Shown here: in pieces, positions 10,329-20,600 of the stretch
Numbering within the stretch: the stretch's first letter is position 1
Layout: every line of letters starts with the position of its first letter
Assembly (NCBI GenBank): GCA_043814035.1
Contig: JBDRKJ010000007.1
Span: forward strand, 128,100-192,099
Source of the DNA: Candidatus Peregrinibacteria bacterium
Lineage (GTDB): Bacteria; Patescibacteriota; Gracilibacteria; Peribacterales; Peribacteraceae
Length of the DNA: 64,000 bases
Direction: 5' to 3'
Program-made: the position numbers and the translations under genes
Notes under the pieces: model-generated
Seen by the model: the letters and a program-made list of their open reading frames with translations, nothing else
Told to the model about the DNA's origin: nothing
The model's database searches: none

Positions 10329-10357
10329 TTCGCACGAGTGGGATCATCCGATATAAT
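10329..10357 (+). promoter_or_regulatory. Sigma70-like promoter upstream of rny (TTCGCA-N17-TATAAT)
   Basis: Perfect TATAAT at 10352-10357 with TTCGCA 17 nt upstream. This would give a ~175-nt pyrimidine-rich 5' UTR before the rny ATG. Confidence 0.4.
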
Positions 10358-10540
10358 AGAGCAGAACTCTCTATAGAGTTCCTACCGTTACACGCATTTT
10401 TCCCCTCTGCTCCCTTCCTTTCGAACTCTCCCCCTGTGACGCTCTCTTCTCCATTGATGGCACGCTCTCTCCTTCTTCTACGGAGAGACAGGTAAGAAGC
10501 TCGAGGTAGGAGCAGGGTATTTCCCTGTTCCCTAATTACT

Positions 10541-12097
10541 ATGGACTACACCATTGTGTTCCTTGCACTCCTCGCCGGGTGCGGTGTCGGTTTACTCGCT
10601 GGCTGGTTCTGGTTTAACAAAGGCAAACATGTCAGTGCTTCGTTGCAGACCGAGATCAACAAGAAAGAGCAAGAGATCGAGAAGCTGAAACTGCACATCG
10701 GGCAGGCGCAGAGTCAGATTAAAACCGCCGAAGTCGAAGCCCGCGCGATTGCCAAAGAGATCGTCTCGGATGCGAAAGCACAGGCAACCGAATCGGATGC
10801 GAAGATCGAGAAGGAGCAAGGCAGGCTGGAGGAAAAAGAAAGGACGCTCGACGAAAAAGTTCGCGAGCTGGAGCGTCAGCGCGAAAACATCGCCAAGCAG
10901 GAAGAAGAGGTAGTTGTACTCAAGACGGAACTGGTCACTGCGAGTGCGAAGCATCGCGAAGCACTCGAAAAAGTCGCCAAGCTCACGCAGGATCAAGCGA
11001 AGGAGCAACTTAAAGAAGAGCTCGTTCATGAGTTCTCGGATTTCTTCGCCGGGCAGGCCAAGCTCGTACGCAAGCAATTCAAAGAAGAAGCTGAGGAGGA
11101 AGCGAAGAATCTGCTCGCCGAGGCCATGCAGCGCTTCGCCTCAGAAGTGGCAACGGAATCCACCGCCACGGTGGTGCAGCTGCCTTCTGACGATGTGAAA
11201 GGCAAGATCATCGGCAAAGAGGGGCGCAACATCACGGCATTCGAAGCGGCAACCGGCGTCGATATCATCATCGACGACACACCCGGCGCCATCGTGATCT
11301 CGGGTTACGATCTGGCCCGACGCTACGTGGCCAAGCTTGCCATGGAGAAGCTCATCAAAGATGGACGCATTCAGCCGGCACGCATTGAGGAAGTCGTGAA
11401 CAAGATGAAAGAAGAAGTCGGAAAGATGATGTTGGAATTCGGCAAGCGCGCTACAGAAGAACTCGGCATTGCCAATTATCCGCAGGACCTGCTCAAGATC
11501 ATCGGGCGCCTGCGCTTTCGCACCAGTTACGGCCAGAACGTACTCAAGCACTCACTCGAGATGGCCAACATCGGCAAGATGCTCGCCGAGGAAATCGGCG
11601 CCGATGCGAATGTGGTAGCGGAAGGATGTTTGCTCCATGACATCGGCAAAGCACTCGACCACGAAGTTTCGGGAACGCACGTGGAAATCGGCATCGAGAT
11701 CGCACGCAAGTTCAAGGTGCGACCCGAGGTACTGCACTGCATTGCCTCCCACCACAACGATGTGCCGATCGAATCGCCCGAAGCCTTCATCGTCGCGGCA
11801 GCGGATGCCATTTCGGGGGCACGACCGGGAGCACGTCGCGAGTCGTTCGAGGCCTACGTGCGCCGACTCAAGGAACTCGAAGAAACAGCCAAAGGATTCG
11901 AAGGTGTAAAGCGTGCCTTCGCCATCTCTGCCGGGCGCGAAGTACGCGTGTATGTGGATATTGAGAAGATCGACGATCTGGGACAAGAGCGGCTGGCCAA
12001 AGACATCGCCCAGAAGATCGAGAAGGAACTGACATACCCAGGCGTGATCAAGGTGAACGTCATCCGTGAGCGACGTATAGAGGAAACAGCAAAGTAA
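10541..12097 (+). CDS. rny: Ribonuclease Y
   Basis: N-terminal TM helix, long coiled coil, KH motif (GKIIGKEGRNI), HD domain (LLHDIGKA ... ASHH). 518 aa is typical. Confidence 0.95.
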   Translation: MDYTIVFLALLAGCGVGLLAGWFWFNKGKHVSASLQTEINKKEQEIEKLKLHIGQAQSQIKTAEVEARAIAKEIVSDAKAQATESDAKIEKEQGRLEEKERTLDEKVRELERQRENIAKQEEEVVVLKTELVTASAKHREALEKVAKLTQDQAKEQLKEELVHEFSDFFAGQAKLVRKQFKEEAEEEAKNLLAEAMQRFASEVATESTATVVQLPSDDVKGKIIGKEGRNITAFEAATGVDIIIDDTPGAIVISGYDLARRYVAKLAMEKLIKDGRIQPARIEEVVNKMKEEVGKMMLEFGKRATEELGIANYPQDLLKIIGRLRFRTSYGQNVLKHSLEMANIGKMLAEEIGADANVVAEGCLLHDIGKALDHEVSGTHVEIGIEIARKFKVRPEVLHCIASHHNDVPIESPEAFIVAAADAISGARPGARRESFEAYVRRLKELEETAKGFEGVKRAFAISAGREVRVYVDIEKIDDLGQERLAKDIAQKIEKELTYPGVIKVNVIRERRIEETAK

Positions 12098-12130
12098 AAG
12101 AGCCCGAAGATAACAATGAAGACGACGATA

Positions 12131-12154
12131 TCGAGGAGGACCATTCCTCCTCGA
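12131..12154 (+). terminator. 10-bp hairpin downstream of rny (weak terminator candidate)
   Basis: TCGAGGAGGA-CCAT-TCCTCCTCGA, 34 nt after the rny stop. The tail is only modestly T-rich (CGTCTTCGATTTCC). Confidence 0.3.
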
Positions 12155-12353
12155 CGTCTTCGATTTCCCCCTTCGACTACGCTCAGGGTGACACTGTGGT
12201 GTCATCGGCACTCTCTTATAAAAGACAATGATTCTTCGTAAGAGACAGAAACATGAATACAGGAACTTCGTCCGCAGCCGTCAAGCCATCACGGATGCGC
12301 TCAGATGCAGCAATGGTACGATTTCTTAAATTCTTCTTTCCGCTCTCTCTCTC

Positions 12354-15300
12354 ATGGTCTCGAAACGCACAGTTATCCTTGGGGTATTTTCCTTAAGCGT
12401 CGCGGCAGCTTTTGTCGGAACGCTCTGGAACCTGCAGGGAAATACCTTCCAGGGGCAAGTCGTCTCAGGAACATCGCAGGTCATTGATGATGGCGATGCG
12501 GGATTTAGTACATCCGGTCAAGGATGGCAGCGCTTTCAGCACTCTCTGGGATACAGAGGAGACATCATGGCTCCGTCGAAGGTGACAGATTCCTCGCTCG
12601 CTGCCACATGGACATTCTCAAATATGGCGGCCGGGCAGTACAAGTTCTACGTCACCTTCAAGGCCTACAGCCTGCTCACGAATAAAGCACCCTACACCAT
12701 CAAAGATGGATCATCGACACTCGGATCGACGACAGTGAACCAGAAGACCGATCCCACGGGCAACTTGTACGATGGAAAAAACTGGTCATTGCTCGGCATG
12801 TACACAGTGAAAGGGCCGACGGTCTCGATCACACTCTCTCGCCCACAGGATCTCACGGTGAACGGCATGATTGCGGATAGCGCTCGTATCGAACGCGTTA
12901 CGGCTCCGGCAGAAACGTTTGGGTTGCTCCCTGCTGCAGGGCTAGCTGAAGGGCAAGGTGGTTGCCGTGCGGGATTCACGCTCGTTGAGGGATACAACTA
13001 TCCTTACATTACGTGTCTAGCTTTCTGCGGGGACGACATCTGCAATACCGCCGAATACTATCAGTACAGTGGATCAACTGCCTGCTGCAAGTGTGGACCC
13101 AGTCTGTGGTGCGCTTCTTCGTCTTCCCGCTCCTCTACACCGGGAGCGACATCTTCACTCTCCTCTACACCGGGTGCAGCATCTTCGCGTTACTCTACAC
13201 CCGGAGCGACATCTTCGCGTCCTGCACAGAGCTCGGCAATGAGTAAGCCATCGACTGGAGGCTCTTCTGCGTTCGCTTCTAGTTTGCCGGATGCTGAGGT
13301 TCTTCCGCCTAACCAGCTGCAGTATCCCGGTCAGCAATGCCCCCCTGGAACGATCCCCGATTGTCCCACTCCTAATTATTGCGAATGTAAGCCGTTCCCC
13401 TGCCCGCCTGGAACGATCCTCGATTGCAATCCTAGTGGTTGCGACTGTAGGCCGCTCTCCTGCCCGGATGGGTTTTACGTCGACCACAATACTGGTATCT
13501 GCATGCCCGTCTCAGTGTGCGGCGATGGCTACGTCGAACCGCAAGGGCGACCGATTGAGCTCTGCGAAACCGGCACGAACGAAGGATGTGCTCCGGGTCG
13601 CACGTGTCAGGGGTGTACCCGCTGCGGGCTCTGTGGCGACACCTTCATCGATCGCTCCGAGACCTGTGAGGCCGACTACTCCTGCGCGAGTGGAAGTGCT
13701 TGTCAGGATTGTCAGTGCACGACATCGACCACGCCCCTCACGGCGAACATGACTTCTGCACTCGATAGTGCTAGCCCCGGTTTCTCGACGTACACCTCTC
13801 CGTACAATACGACGGTCCTCTCGTGGACCCTCGCCATTCAACCACAGAGCATGTACGACGTGTACGTCAAACTGAAGCGGGCTTACAGCGATCCCTGTCC
13901 CATCCGTAGCTACTGGCGCGTCTACGACGGGAGCCGACAGGTGCACACGCTCACCATCAATTATGGGAATTACGTCTGCACGACATGGCCGGGAACCAAC
14001 GTGCAGGGGACACAGGAGGCGTGGGTGAACATCGGTAGTGTCGTGGCATCTTCCTCTTCCCTGCGCATCGAACATGCACCGCCTCCGCCACCGGAGGGGC
14101 AGCAGCCGGCAATTACTACTTTCCAGCCAACTGCCGTGCGCGTCGTGAAACAATTCAACATCGTCGATCCCGCTCCTCTTGGCGTCACGCTCATCGACAA
14201 CGGTGATCTGGGATTCCGTACCTTGGTAGGCACGTGGGAAGAACGTCAGTTCCCCATGCCCGATGCCTGGTCCATCGGTCCCGTGACGAATCCCCTCTTC
14301 GACGACGACATCGCCCTGCAATACATTAACAGGGGTGATCCTTCGCCAACTTCGAGCTGGAGCTTTACGGTCGCCCCTGGTAGCTACCGCGTACTGGTGA
14401 CGTTCGCCAAGCTCTCTCCAGTCAACTTCGTCAATAAGAACGCCATATACTCCGTGCGCAACGGCAACCAGGCCGGACCAGAGCTTGGCCGCGTGACAGT
14501 CGATCACTCCTATCCTCCCAATGGCCCGATGTACCGCTTCGTATCGTGGAAAGATCTGGGCACCTACACCGTCACCGGTAACCGCCTCTCGGTCGTGCTC
14601 ACGAATCCCTACGGTCTCAGTTCCGATGCCGTGCGCATCGAGAAGATCGGCGGCGCCAGTTCCTCGGCACAATCGTCCTATTGGAGCTCCGCTTCGTCAC
14701 AGGGTCTCACTTGTTCTTCGCTGCCCTGGTTGCAGTGTGCATCCGGATTCCAGTGTCTTGCACAGTGCATCAATGGTGACTGTGCTGGTGTTGATACCCT
14801 CGGCTGCCCGCCCGGGACGGTGTCTCAGCGTAATGGAACGTGCGGTAATGACCTTTGTCACAATGAGTGTGAGCGGTGCGTCCCTGTTGCCTCGTCTTCG
14901 CGCTCATCCGCCAGCTCTCAACAGTGGTTTGGGTGTTCGGGCAGTTTCAAATGCAATGTCGCATGGGCAAACAACCAGTGTGCTCGCCTCTCCATCGACT
15001 GCTCTCCCGGTACGCAACTTGTCTGTGACGCCCCCTGTGGTTCTGCCTCCTGTGGTGGAGAGTGCTGCAGGTGTGCGAGTGTTGCATCGTCGCGTTCCTC
15101 TGCCTCATCGGTCGTCGCCTGTGCGAACGAGGGCGAAGTGGTTTCCGAGGGGAACATGCGACCCTGCTGCGATAGCCTGAAATCGATTCCGTTCATACAG
15201 CCCGATGCGAGCAATCAATGTTTCAACATATCGCTCAACAGCATTTGCACGCGATGTGGCAACGGCCAGTGCGGAACAGGAGAGAACTTCTGTAATTGCA

Positions 15301-17612
15301 CCAACGACTGCCCGCGACCAGCTTCTTCACGTTCGTCTGCTGTCTCTTCGGCATCCTCAACTGCATGGAGGGTCTGCGATGCGAACCTTCTGTGCGAAGT
15401 ACAGTGGTACCAAAACCAGTGCAACGTATTACCAATCGACTGTATGCCCGGGGCCAATCTGGTGTGTGACGGTGGTGCATGCGGAAACAATCAATGTGCC
15501 GGTCGCTGCTGCAGATGCGTGGGTGGTACGTCTTCACGTTCCTCTACCTCATCGGCCGCCGCTGCCTGCGGCAACTATCGGCTCGATCCCGGCGAACAGT
15601 GTGACGGACCGAACCTTCCCTGCCAGCCCGGTCAGGTGTGTACGGCCGACTGTACGTGCGTCCCGCAACCTCCCAACCGCATTCAGTGGGAGACGGTTGG
15701 TGATTCCTACCTTGTAAGCACACTCAGTGATTACGCGATCTTCGGACACGGCTCGTACCTCTACATTGTTGGAGGCATGGGCTTCTGGGGTCCAACACGC
15801 GATGAACTGCGTTCATCTGATGGCCTCAGTTGGAGCAGGGTGGCCTCGCTACCCCAATCTCTCTCGAATACTGCCTATCTGCAATCCGATGCCGCTGCCC
15901 TCCTCGTTGGAGGACTGCTGAACGCCGATAGCACGGTGCATTGGGCCTTCGAGACCCCGAACCTCCTCACGGTAGGTTTCCAATCAAACCCGGATTATGG
16001 GCTCTCAAGTCCGCGCTACGACGGTGCGCTCCTGCGGGTGGGAGATCGCACGTACTTCTTAGGCGGTTATTCCAAATCCAGTCCGCTCGGTGGCTTCTTG
16101 TTGAGCTCTCTCTTAGGCTCGCTCGTGAGCCAGACGGCGATCTCGACTCCCTCAAAAGAAATCTACCTGCACGTCGGAACCCGCTGGTCACGCGTGCAGC
16201 CCGATCTGCCGTTCGCCGTGTCACAGGATGATGCCTTCACCATTGGTAATCGGCTCTTCATTCTCGATCGCTCCACTCCACGCAAGGTCTACATGTCGAC
16301 GACCGGTACGTCGTGGGCTCAGGTAGCAACCCTCCCGACAGAAACAGCATCGACGAAATTCCTGAAGCCTATTCAGCACAAGGGTGCCATCTGGTTCATC
16401 GCCAAATCTGGACCCCTTGCAGGCTCGGCTGTCACCACGACCAATGGACAACAGTGGATCGTAGCGGATGGAGTCTTCCCGTCGGACCTTAAAGAGTTCG
16501 AACCGGAGGCCGCTGTCTCGTTCAAAGATGAAATCTGGCTCTTGGGCTCTGTGCGTGACTATTACGTTGGCGGTAATTCCCGCAATGGCAAGGTGTTGCG
16601 CACAGGCGCTTCTGGAGGTCCGTTCTGTGGAGATGGCTTCGTGCTTTCGCCCGAACAGTGTGACGACGGCAATGCAACCCCCAGCGATGGGTGTTCCAAC
16701 TGCCAGATCGATAGTGGATGGATCTGCACAGGTTCACCGAGTCGTTGCACGATGATCATCGGCTCTTCCAGTTCGGCCCAGTCCTGTGCTCAGAACGGAG
16801 AAAGGGTCTACGTCGCATCACAGTTCGGCCCCACCACCTGCTGTAGCAAGAATGCTGGAATAAAACCCAACAGTTATCTTGCCGGGGAAATATGCGTTTC
16901 GACGACTGACGGCGCGAAGGGAACCTGTATCGACAACTGGTGGCAGACCTGCGGTGATGGGATATGTGGAGCAGATGAGGATCAGTGCAACTGTTCTGCA
17001 GATTGTCCTGCAGCCACATGCGGCAACGGCCTTTGTGAAGAAGGAGAGGCAAATTCCTGCCCGGCATGCGTGTACCAAAACCCGCCTTGTAACGCTCCCT
17101 GCCAGTCCGGCACCTGCCCCAATGATTGTCCCTCTGTCTGCGGTGACGGAAAGTGTGAGGAAAACGAGAACGCACAGAACTGTTTCCAGGATTGTTGCCC
17201 TGCCATGCTCGACTGTCCTGCTCCACCGCCGGGATGCGTATATGTGGATCCACGTGAGGATGGCAAAGGCTGCCCCATAAGTTGTGGCACGCTGAAGTGC
17301 GAAGATACCTGCGGCAACGGTCGCATCGACCTCGGCGAGGAATGTGATTCCTCGGCAGAATCTTTCGCGAACCAATGCGGACAGAGAGAAAAATGCGGCA
17401 AGGATTGTCGATGTAGCGGCGTCATTTGTCCTGTTTACTCGGCTCCATACTGCCCCAATGGCGTCTTGGTGCCGCAACTGGGACCCGACGAGAACGGCTG
17501 CAGTCTGCCTCCGGTTTGCTGCAATGGAGCAAAGAACTTGAAAGCACAGTGCTCTCTCACGCTCAAATGCGGAGGAGGTTCCTGTGTGATCTCTTCATGC
17601 ACGTGCAAATAA
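12354..17612 (+). CDS. Giant Cys-rich modular surface protein A (1752 aa)
   Basis: Modules, in order:
- N-terminal hydrophobic anchor/signal.
- Golvesin-C-like beta-sandwich units (12480-12899, 14187-14648, degenerate copy 13749-14075).
- Many Cys-rich modules separated by Ser-rich linkers.
- Kelch-like blade repeats (15681-16613: YLYIVGG, TYFLGGY, RLFILD, AIWFIA, EIWLLG).
- One CGDG...CDDGN...DGC...C Myxococcus-type Cys repeat (16626-16751).
- A C-terminal CP..GVLVPQLGPDENGC..PPVCC module (17427-17609). Confidence 0.85.
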   Translation: MVSKRTVILGVFSLSVAAAFVGTLWNLQGNTFQGQVVSGTSQVIDDGDAGFSTSGQGWQRFQHSLGYRGDIMAPSKVTDSSLAATWTFSNMAAGQYKFYVTFKAYSLLTNKAPYTIKDGSSTLGSTTVNQKTDPTGNLYDGKNWSLLGMYTVKGPTVSITLSRPQDLTVNGMIADSARIERVTAPAETFGLLPAAGLAEGQGGCRAGFTLVEGYNYPYITCLAFCGDDICNTAEYYQYSGSTACCKCGPSLWCASSSSRSSTPGATSSLSSTPGAASSRYSTPGATSSRPAQSSAMSKPSTGGSSAFASSLPDAEVLPPNQLQYPGQQCPPGTIPDCPTPNYCECKPFPCPPGTILDCNPSGCDCRPLSCPDGFYVDHNTGICMPVSVCGDGYVEPQGRPIELCETGTNEGCAPGRTCQGCTRCGLCGDTFIDRSETCEADYSCASGSACQDCQCTTSTTPLTANMTSALDSASPGFSTYTSPYNTTVLSWTLAIQPQSMYDVYVKLKRAYSDPCPIRSYWRVYDGSRQVHTLTINYGNYVCTTWPGTNVQGTQEAWVNIGSVVASSSSLRIEHAPPPPPEGQQPAITTFQPTAVRVVKQFNIVDPAPLGVTLIDNGDLGFRTLVGTWEERQFPMPDAWSIGPVTNPLFDDDIALQYINRGDPSPTSSWSFTVAPGSYRVLVTFAKLSPVNFVNKNAIYSVRNGNQAGPELGRVTVDHSYPPNGPMYRFVSWKDLGTYTVTGNRLSVVLTNPYGLSSDAVRIEKIGGASSSAQSSYWSSASSQGLTCSSLPWLQCASGFQCLAQCINGDCAGVDTLGCPPGTVSQRNGTCGNDLCHNECERCVPVASSSRSSASSQQWFGCSGSFKCNVAWANNQCARLSIDCSPGTQLVCDAPCGSASCGGECCRCASVASSRSSASSVVACANEGEVVSEGNMRPCCDSLKSIPFIQPDASNQCFNISLNSICTRCGNGQCGTGENFCNCTNDCPRPASSRSSAVSSASSTAWRVCDANLLCEVQWYQNQCNVLPIDCMPGANLVCDGGACGNNQCAGRCCRCVGGTSSRSSTSSAAAACGNYRLDPGEQCDGPNLPCQPGQVCTADCTCVPQPPNRIQWETVGDSYLVSTLSDYAIFGHGSYLYIVGGMGFWGPTRDELRSSDGLSWSRVASLPQSLSNTAYLQSDAAALLVGGLLNADSTVHWAFETPNLLTVGFQSNPDYGLSSPRYDGALLRVGDRTYFLGGYSKSSPLGGFLLSSLLGSLVSQTAISTPSKEIYLHVGTRWSRVQPDLPFAVSQDDAFTIGNRLFILDRSTPRKVYMSTTGTSWAQVATLPTETASTKFLKPIQHKGAIWFIAKSGPLAGSAVTTTNGQQWIVADGVFPSDLKEFEPEAAVSFKDEIWLLGSVRDYYVGGNSRNGKVLRTGASGGPFCGDGFVLSPEQCDDGNATPSDGCSNCQIDSGWICTGSPSRCTMIIGSSSSAQSCAQNGERVYVASQFGPTTCCSKNAGIKPNSYLAGEICVSTTDGAKGTCIDNWWQTCGDGICGADEDQCNCSADCPAATCGNGLCEEGEANSCPACVYQNPPCNAPCQSGTCPNDCPSVCGDGKCEENENAQNCFQDCCPAMLDCPAPPPGCVYVDPREDGKGCPISCGTLKCEDTCGNGRIDLGEECDSSAESFANQCGQREKCGKDCRCSGVICPVYSAPYCPNGVLVPQLGPDENGCSLPPVCCNGAKNLKAQCSLTLKCGGGSCVISSCTCK
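13131..13220 (+). repeat. 3 x 30-nt in-frame tandem repeat encoding an SSTPGA(T/A)SS linker
   Basis: Units at 13131-13160, 13161-13190 and 13191-13220 (tcctctacaccgggagcgacatcttc...). They differ at a few positions only. Confidence 0.9.
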
Positions 17613-17636
17613 TTCTTCTTTTTCCATAGTTCTCTG

Positions 17637-20600
17637 ATGCCCTCCCTCCACTTACGTTGGCCTTCCCTACTTCTCCCTCTCGGTCTCTTTGCGATCATCG
17701 CGGCTATCATTGTTACCGTCAGGTCACCCGCCTTGTGGACAGCGCAGACCGTGACGGCCTATTGCGGCAACAGTGTCGTGGATGCGGGCGAAACGTGCAT
17801 GGAGCCGGGTCTCGGAACCTGCTCTGAATCTCAGGAATGCATTCAGTGCAGATGCACAACGCCAAACAAGAGTTTCCGATGCGGCAACGTCTATGGTCGC
17901 ACGGGTGGTTGTACACCTACGCGCGCAGGAATGACATGCATGATTGAATGTCGTAATAACCGCCTCATCGCGGGTAAATGCGATGCCAATAAGAACTGCT
18001 ACGGCTACTGCGGTGACGGCAAAGTGGACCTCGGGGAACTGTGTGACACGGGCGATATACTCAACAGCGAAGCGTGCACAGAATTCTGTACTATCCGTTC
18101 AGGATGGACGTGCACAGGTTCGCCCTCACGATGCACGCTGACCCCGGCGGCCGCGTCATCGTCTGCCGCAGCAGCTTCTAGCGCATTGGCTAACCGCAAA
18201 GACATCGTACTCGATAACAACGACCTCGGTTTCATGTCGTACTCCGGTACCTGGTCGGTCAGCTCGGTCGGTTACAAGGGAGCACAACACGTTCATGCCA
18301 CCGGTCCAAGTGATTGGAATCGTCCTTTGGAATGGGGCGGCTGGTCTATCAATAGAGTGCCAGTAGGCAGTTACGGCATGTATGCTACGTGGGAACCAAG
18401 CTCCCAGTACTCCAAGAAAGTCACCCTCGAGATCGACCGCTCGAGAGGGCTCGTCTCAGTTCCGTCAGAAAACAACCGATGGACACGGGCAACCATCAAT
18501 CAGCAAAACAGCCCAACTGCCAGCTGGACATGCAATGGCAGAAAGTGGAGGTACTTCGGAAACCTGACCATCACCAAAGATTACAACTACGTCGGTGTCT
18601 TCATGTACACGGAGAATGGCGCACCCAGGAACTCACGGTTCGCCATGGATGGATTCATCCTCTCGCCGTCCGATCGCAAGCCCGTATGCGCTGTCCCACA
18701 ATCCTCTTCCAGTTCTCAAGTCTCCTCTTCGAGCTCCCAAAGCTCGTCTTCAAGTTCCCAAAGCTCCTCTTCCAGTGTCAGCAGCGATCCCTGTGAAGGA
18801 GGAAGGTGTGCGTTGGAATGCCCATGCGGTTCGATCGATTGCGGCTGTATCTGCTTGCCATGCAGCAGTAGTTCCTCTTCCAGTTCCCAAAGCTCCTTGT
18901 TCTGTGCCACTACCGGTAAACTGGTGTACGTCTCCCCATCAATGGGTCCCACGACCTGCTGCAGTCAGTTTGATAGCATTAAGCGACTCAGCTGGTTTGC
19001 GGGAAACCGATGTTACTCGCCCATCAATTCGGTCATCGGTACATGCGTAAGAGGCTGGGATGAGATCTGTGGCAACGGTTCCTGTGACACTAACGATGAG
19101 GATCAGTGCACCTGCCCCGAGGATTGCCATGGTAGTGCTCCCTCATGTGGCGATGGACAGGTGGTCTCGCCTGAACAATGTGACGATGGCAACCAGTGGA
19201 CCGATGACGGTTGTTCGCACCCCGACTGTCAGGTTGAATCTGGCTGGATCTGCTCGGGGTCTCCGAGCCAGTGCACGAGAATCGCGAGTTCCTCCAGCTC
19301 TGCCCGCCCCGTCTGTGGTAACGGCATTCGCGAAGGATCGGAGGAATGTGACAACGGCTCTGCCAACGGGCTGAATTTCAGTTGCGGAAGAGACTGTATG
19401 ATGTGCATCGCCCCGCCCCCCTGCCCGACAGGCACACACGGCTCAGGAGGCGGCATCGATGCCCGCGGGTGCGCAACCGGAGGCCAGTGCATTCCCAATG
19501 AGGCCGTTTGCGGAAATGGAATCCGCGAAGGATCAGAACAGTGCGAAGTAGGCATAACTTGCCCGCCCATCAACTGTTTCACTACTCCTTGCCCTCAGCA
19601 ACAGTGTGACTTCGCAACCTGTTCCTGCAGCTTCACCTGCCCCGATCCCACGCCCCCCATTTGCGCGGGCGGTGTGCTCTTCCCACAGCTCGGCACAGAT
19701 GAGAATGGGTGTAAACGTCCGCCGGTCTGTTGCGAGGGAGCCGCAAGCGGAGGCGAGTGCACCACAAACATGAACTGTACGAACGGCAAGTGCGTGGTGG
19801 AGTCATGTACGTGTGGCTATCTGTGCCCCGATCCCACGCCCCCCATTTGCGCGGGCGGTGTGCTCTTCCCACAACTTGGTCTGGATGAGAACGGGTGTAA
19901 ACGTCCGCCGGTCTGTTGCGAGGGAGCCGCAAGCGGAGGCGAGTGCACAATGAATATGAATTGCGCGGGCGGACGATGCATAGTGGAATCCTGTACGTGT
20001 GGACACGGCGTCGCTTCGGCCTCCTCTCAACCGTTGCAAGTATCCAGCATGTCGTCAGTAAGTGGTCAGCTGTATCCTGACATCATCTATACTGGTAATG
20101 TCATTCCCCAACCGAAACTCAAGCTCAGCATTGAGGGCCCCACGTACGGCCCCGTCGACACGCCCTTCACGCTCACTGCGATAGTCGAGAATACTGGCGA
20201 CCTGTTCGACAAATCGACGGAGATGACACTCTCGTGGATTATGAGTAAGCCTGAAATTCTCTCATTCCCGCCGACCTGCACAAGAAGCTACCCGTCCGGT
20301 GGCATTTCGGGGTACCCGGTCTATTTCACCTGTCCGGTGCCTGCCATTACGCCGTCGACACCGGGGAAGAAGGTCTCCTTTCCCTTCACCTTCCAGCTCG
20401 ACCGCAGCAGATTTACCTCTGCCATTGCCAAGGCTTGCGTGGACCCGACCTCGATGATCTTCGAGCTGAAGCCCATCATCATCCGACAGAGAACGCCCGG
20501 TGGAAACATCATCAATCACCAGATGGGCGGTCAAAAAGTACCGTTGCTCTACACTCATCGATGCGATTCAAGCTCGAGCAGCAGAGTGCTGGCTGTGTGC

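Noticed and set aside
12166-12194. A possible shared repeat between the rny 3' region (CCCTTCGACTACGCTCAGGGTGA) and the tRNA-like fragment (CCCTTCACTGCGTTCAGGATAA, about 34911-34932).
   Set aside because: By eye there is only ~75-80% identity over ~23 nt, with an indel. That is too weak to call a repeat family without a genome-wide search.
13512-14672. Long antisense ORFs inside confident genes. Examples are 13512-14672 (386 aa), 4211-4921, 30206-31009, 40357-41271, 43970-44737, 46907-47725, 11552-12211 and 16756-17477.
   Set aside because: They lie opposite strongly conserved or clearly modular coding frames. They have Arg/Ser/Pro-heavy, motif-free translations typical of shadow ORFs in GC-rich DNA.
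18706-18895. Periodic short repeats that might suggest a CRISPR array or satellite. These are the Ser-codon runs in proteins A and B and in the LTD protein (for example 8440-8530 and 9240-9420 on the opposite strand).
   Set aside because: They are in-frame poly-Ser/Ser-Gln linkers inside long ORFs. There is no repeat-spacer architecture.
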